Positions 62,467 through 64,000 of a DNA stretch of 64,000 nucleotides are shown piece after piece. Source of the DNA: Eledone cirrhosa (Eukaryota); assembly GCA_964016885.1 (NCBI GenBank), contig OZ024743.1, positions 185,132,001 to 185,196,000 of the forward strand, in the 5' to 3' direction. Position 1 is the stretch's first letter, and every line of letters begins with the position of its first letter. The notes below the pieces were generated by a model. That model saw only the letters and a list, made by a program, of their open reading frames with translations. It was not told the origin of the DNA and made no database searches. A program made the translations under genes and the position numbers.

Positions 62467-63870
62467 TATATACTTTAACTTTAATTATATCTCATAAAAT
62501 AATACAACTGGTTTTTCCACATTATACATATTGTTAGCACCCCAAACACTTAAATTGGGTTTATATTTTAATATAACCTAATGTTTGTTGAGTGAGATGG
62601 TTACCAGTCAGAGTTTAGCTTTAAACTATCTCTGTTATTGTATTAAATATTTACTCTTGATTGGCCAGAGGTGTTTATTTCCAGGTACCTTATGAATTTG
62701 ACTTTCCGTCATAAAATAATACAACTGGTTTTTCCACATTATACATATTGTTAGCACCCCAAACACTTAAATTGGGTTTATATTTTAATATAACCTAATG
62801 TTTGTTGAGTGAGATGGTTACCAGTCAGAGTTTAGCTTTAAACTATCTCTGTTATTGTATTAAATATTTACTCTTGATTGGCCAGAGGTGTTTATTTCCT
62901 TATGAATTTGACTTTCCGTATTTATTACTGTTGTGAAATATTGTGGCCTTTTTTGGTTGTAACTTCTCTGTTTTTTAGCCTAGGAAAATATATATATATG
63001 CCTACGTATATAATTACATGCATATATGTATTTATTTTCTTTTATTAATTGAGTTCTTTACACGAGGAATTAATATTGGTTTTGAAATAACTAATTAACC
63101 CGCGTGTGTTTTATATTTTACTCTTAATAATTCGGCCGGAGAATTATACTCCTATTTGCCCTTTATAGCATAACTTTCTGCATTTACTGCGGTTATGAGA
63201 AGCGGTTCTTATTCGGGTACAACTTCTGATTTAGCCTAAGAAAATATCTATATGCGTGTGTAATTTATACAAGCATATATTTATTTTTTTATTTTCAATT
63301 GAGTTCTTAAACACGTTGGATTGATAATGTTTTAAAAAAAACTAATTAACCCGCGTGTATATTATTTTTTTTTCCTCATTTCGTGGATCGTGGGTTGTCT
63401 CCCCTTCCCGCTTCGTGTCGCTATGATACTTCCTCAGTCAAAAACTGCTGGAATTTCAAATTTGGCGGTCATTCGAGGTGAGAGAGAGCAACTTTACGGA
63501 CATGATTTTTGACAGCGGTAAGAAATTGTTTTCTTATATCAATGTTTAACGGGCTTCCACTGATGATTTATAAGTGCCCACCTAAATATATTCTTACATG
63601 AATATATATTAGGCTTCTACATAAACTGGAAACATTCTTCCAAACTTGTAGAAAACTTATAATGAAACAATTGTTTGGAAAGAGAGATATACTTTAACTT
63701 TAATTATATCTCATAAAATAATACAACTGGTTTTTCCACATTATACATATTGTTAGCACCCCAAACACTTAAATTGGGTTTATATTTTAATATAACCTAA
63801 TATTTGTTGAGTGAGATGGTTACCAGTCAGAGTTTAGCTTTAAACTATCTCTGTTATTGTATTAAATATA
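62467..63870 (+). repeat. Penelope 3' region and pseudo-LTR with tandem repeats
   Basis: A ~217-bp unit occurs at 62493-62709 and 62710-62919 and recurs at ~63687-63870. An older, diverged pair lies at ~62960-63130 and ~63220-63370. Confidence 0.85.
63555..63680 (+). ncRNA. Type I hammerhead ribozyme with a branched stem II
   Basis: Stem I TTCCA/TGGAA, CTGATGA, stem II TTATAAGT/ACTTATAA, GAAA, palindromic ACAATTGT stem III. Predicted cut after GTT at 63675. Confidence 0.75.
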
Positions 63871-64000
63871 TATATATATATATATTTATCTCTTTATATC
63901 TCCCCCCTCTCTCTCTCCCTCTCTATCCATCCCTCCCACTATGATCAATTTAATTCTCTTTAATTCACTACATTCCACGACATGAAGTCTGCTATCAAAA

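Overview
AT-rich, microsatellite- and retroelement-dense animal genomic DNA. The SINE, RTE and (TA)n content suggests a cephalopod, probably Octopus (inference). Two host genes lie on the minus strand. One is a complete 8-coding-exon DERA (deoxyribose-phosphate aldolase, 319 aa, 57141->26914) whose last intron is GC-AG and whose introns are packed with LINEs. The other is a class-A orphan GPCR with a single coding exon (7634->6552). The rest is mobile DNA: a compact Ty3/gypsy element in a three-LTR tandem, PHD-bearing RTE-type LINEs (one nearly intact), a CR1-type LINE, CRE-like endonuclease fragments, a Penelope-like element, tRNA-derived SINEs, MITEs and Helitron/HINE-like ends. The most unusual signals are three. 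First, the gypsy primer-binding site matches nt 1-12 of tRNA-Phe rather than a tRNA 3' end, and it also forms a hairpin with U5. Second, there are five hammerhead-ribozyme folds, two of them in the arms of a ~455-bp inverted repeat upstream of DERA. Third, a SINE and an RTE LINE share the same 3' tail. All family assignments come from recalled motifs; no searches were run.
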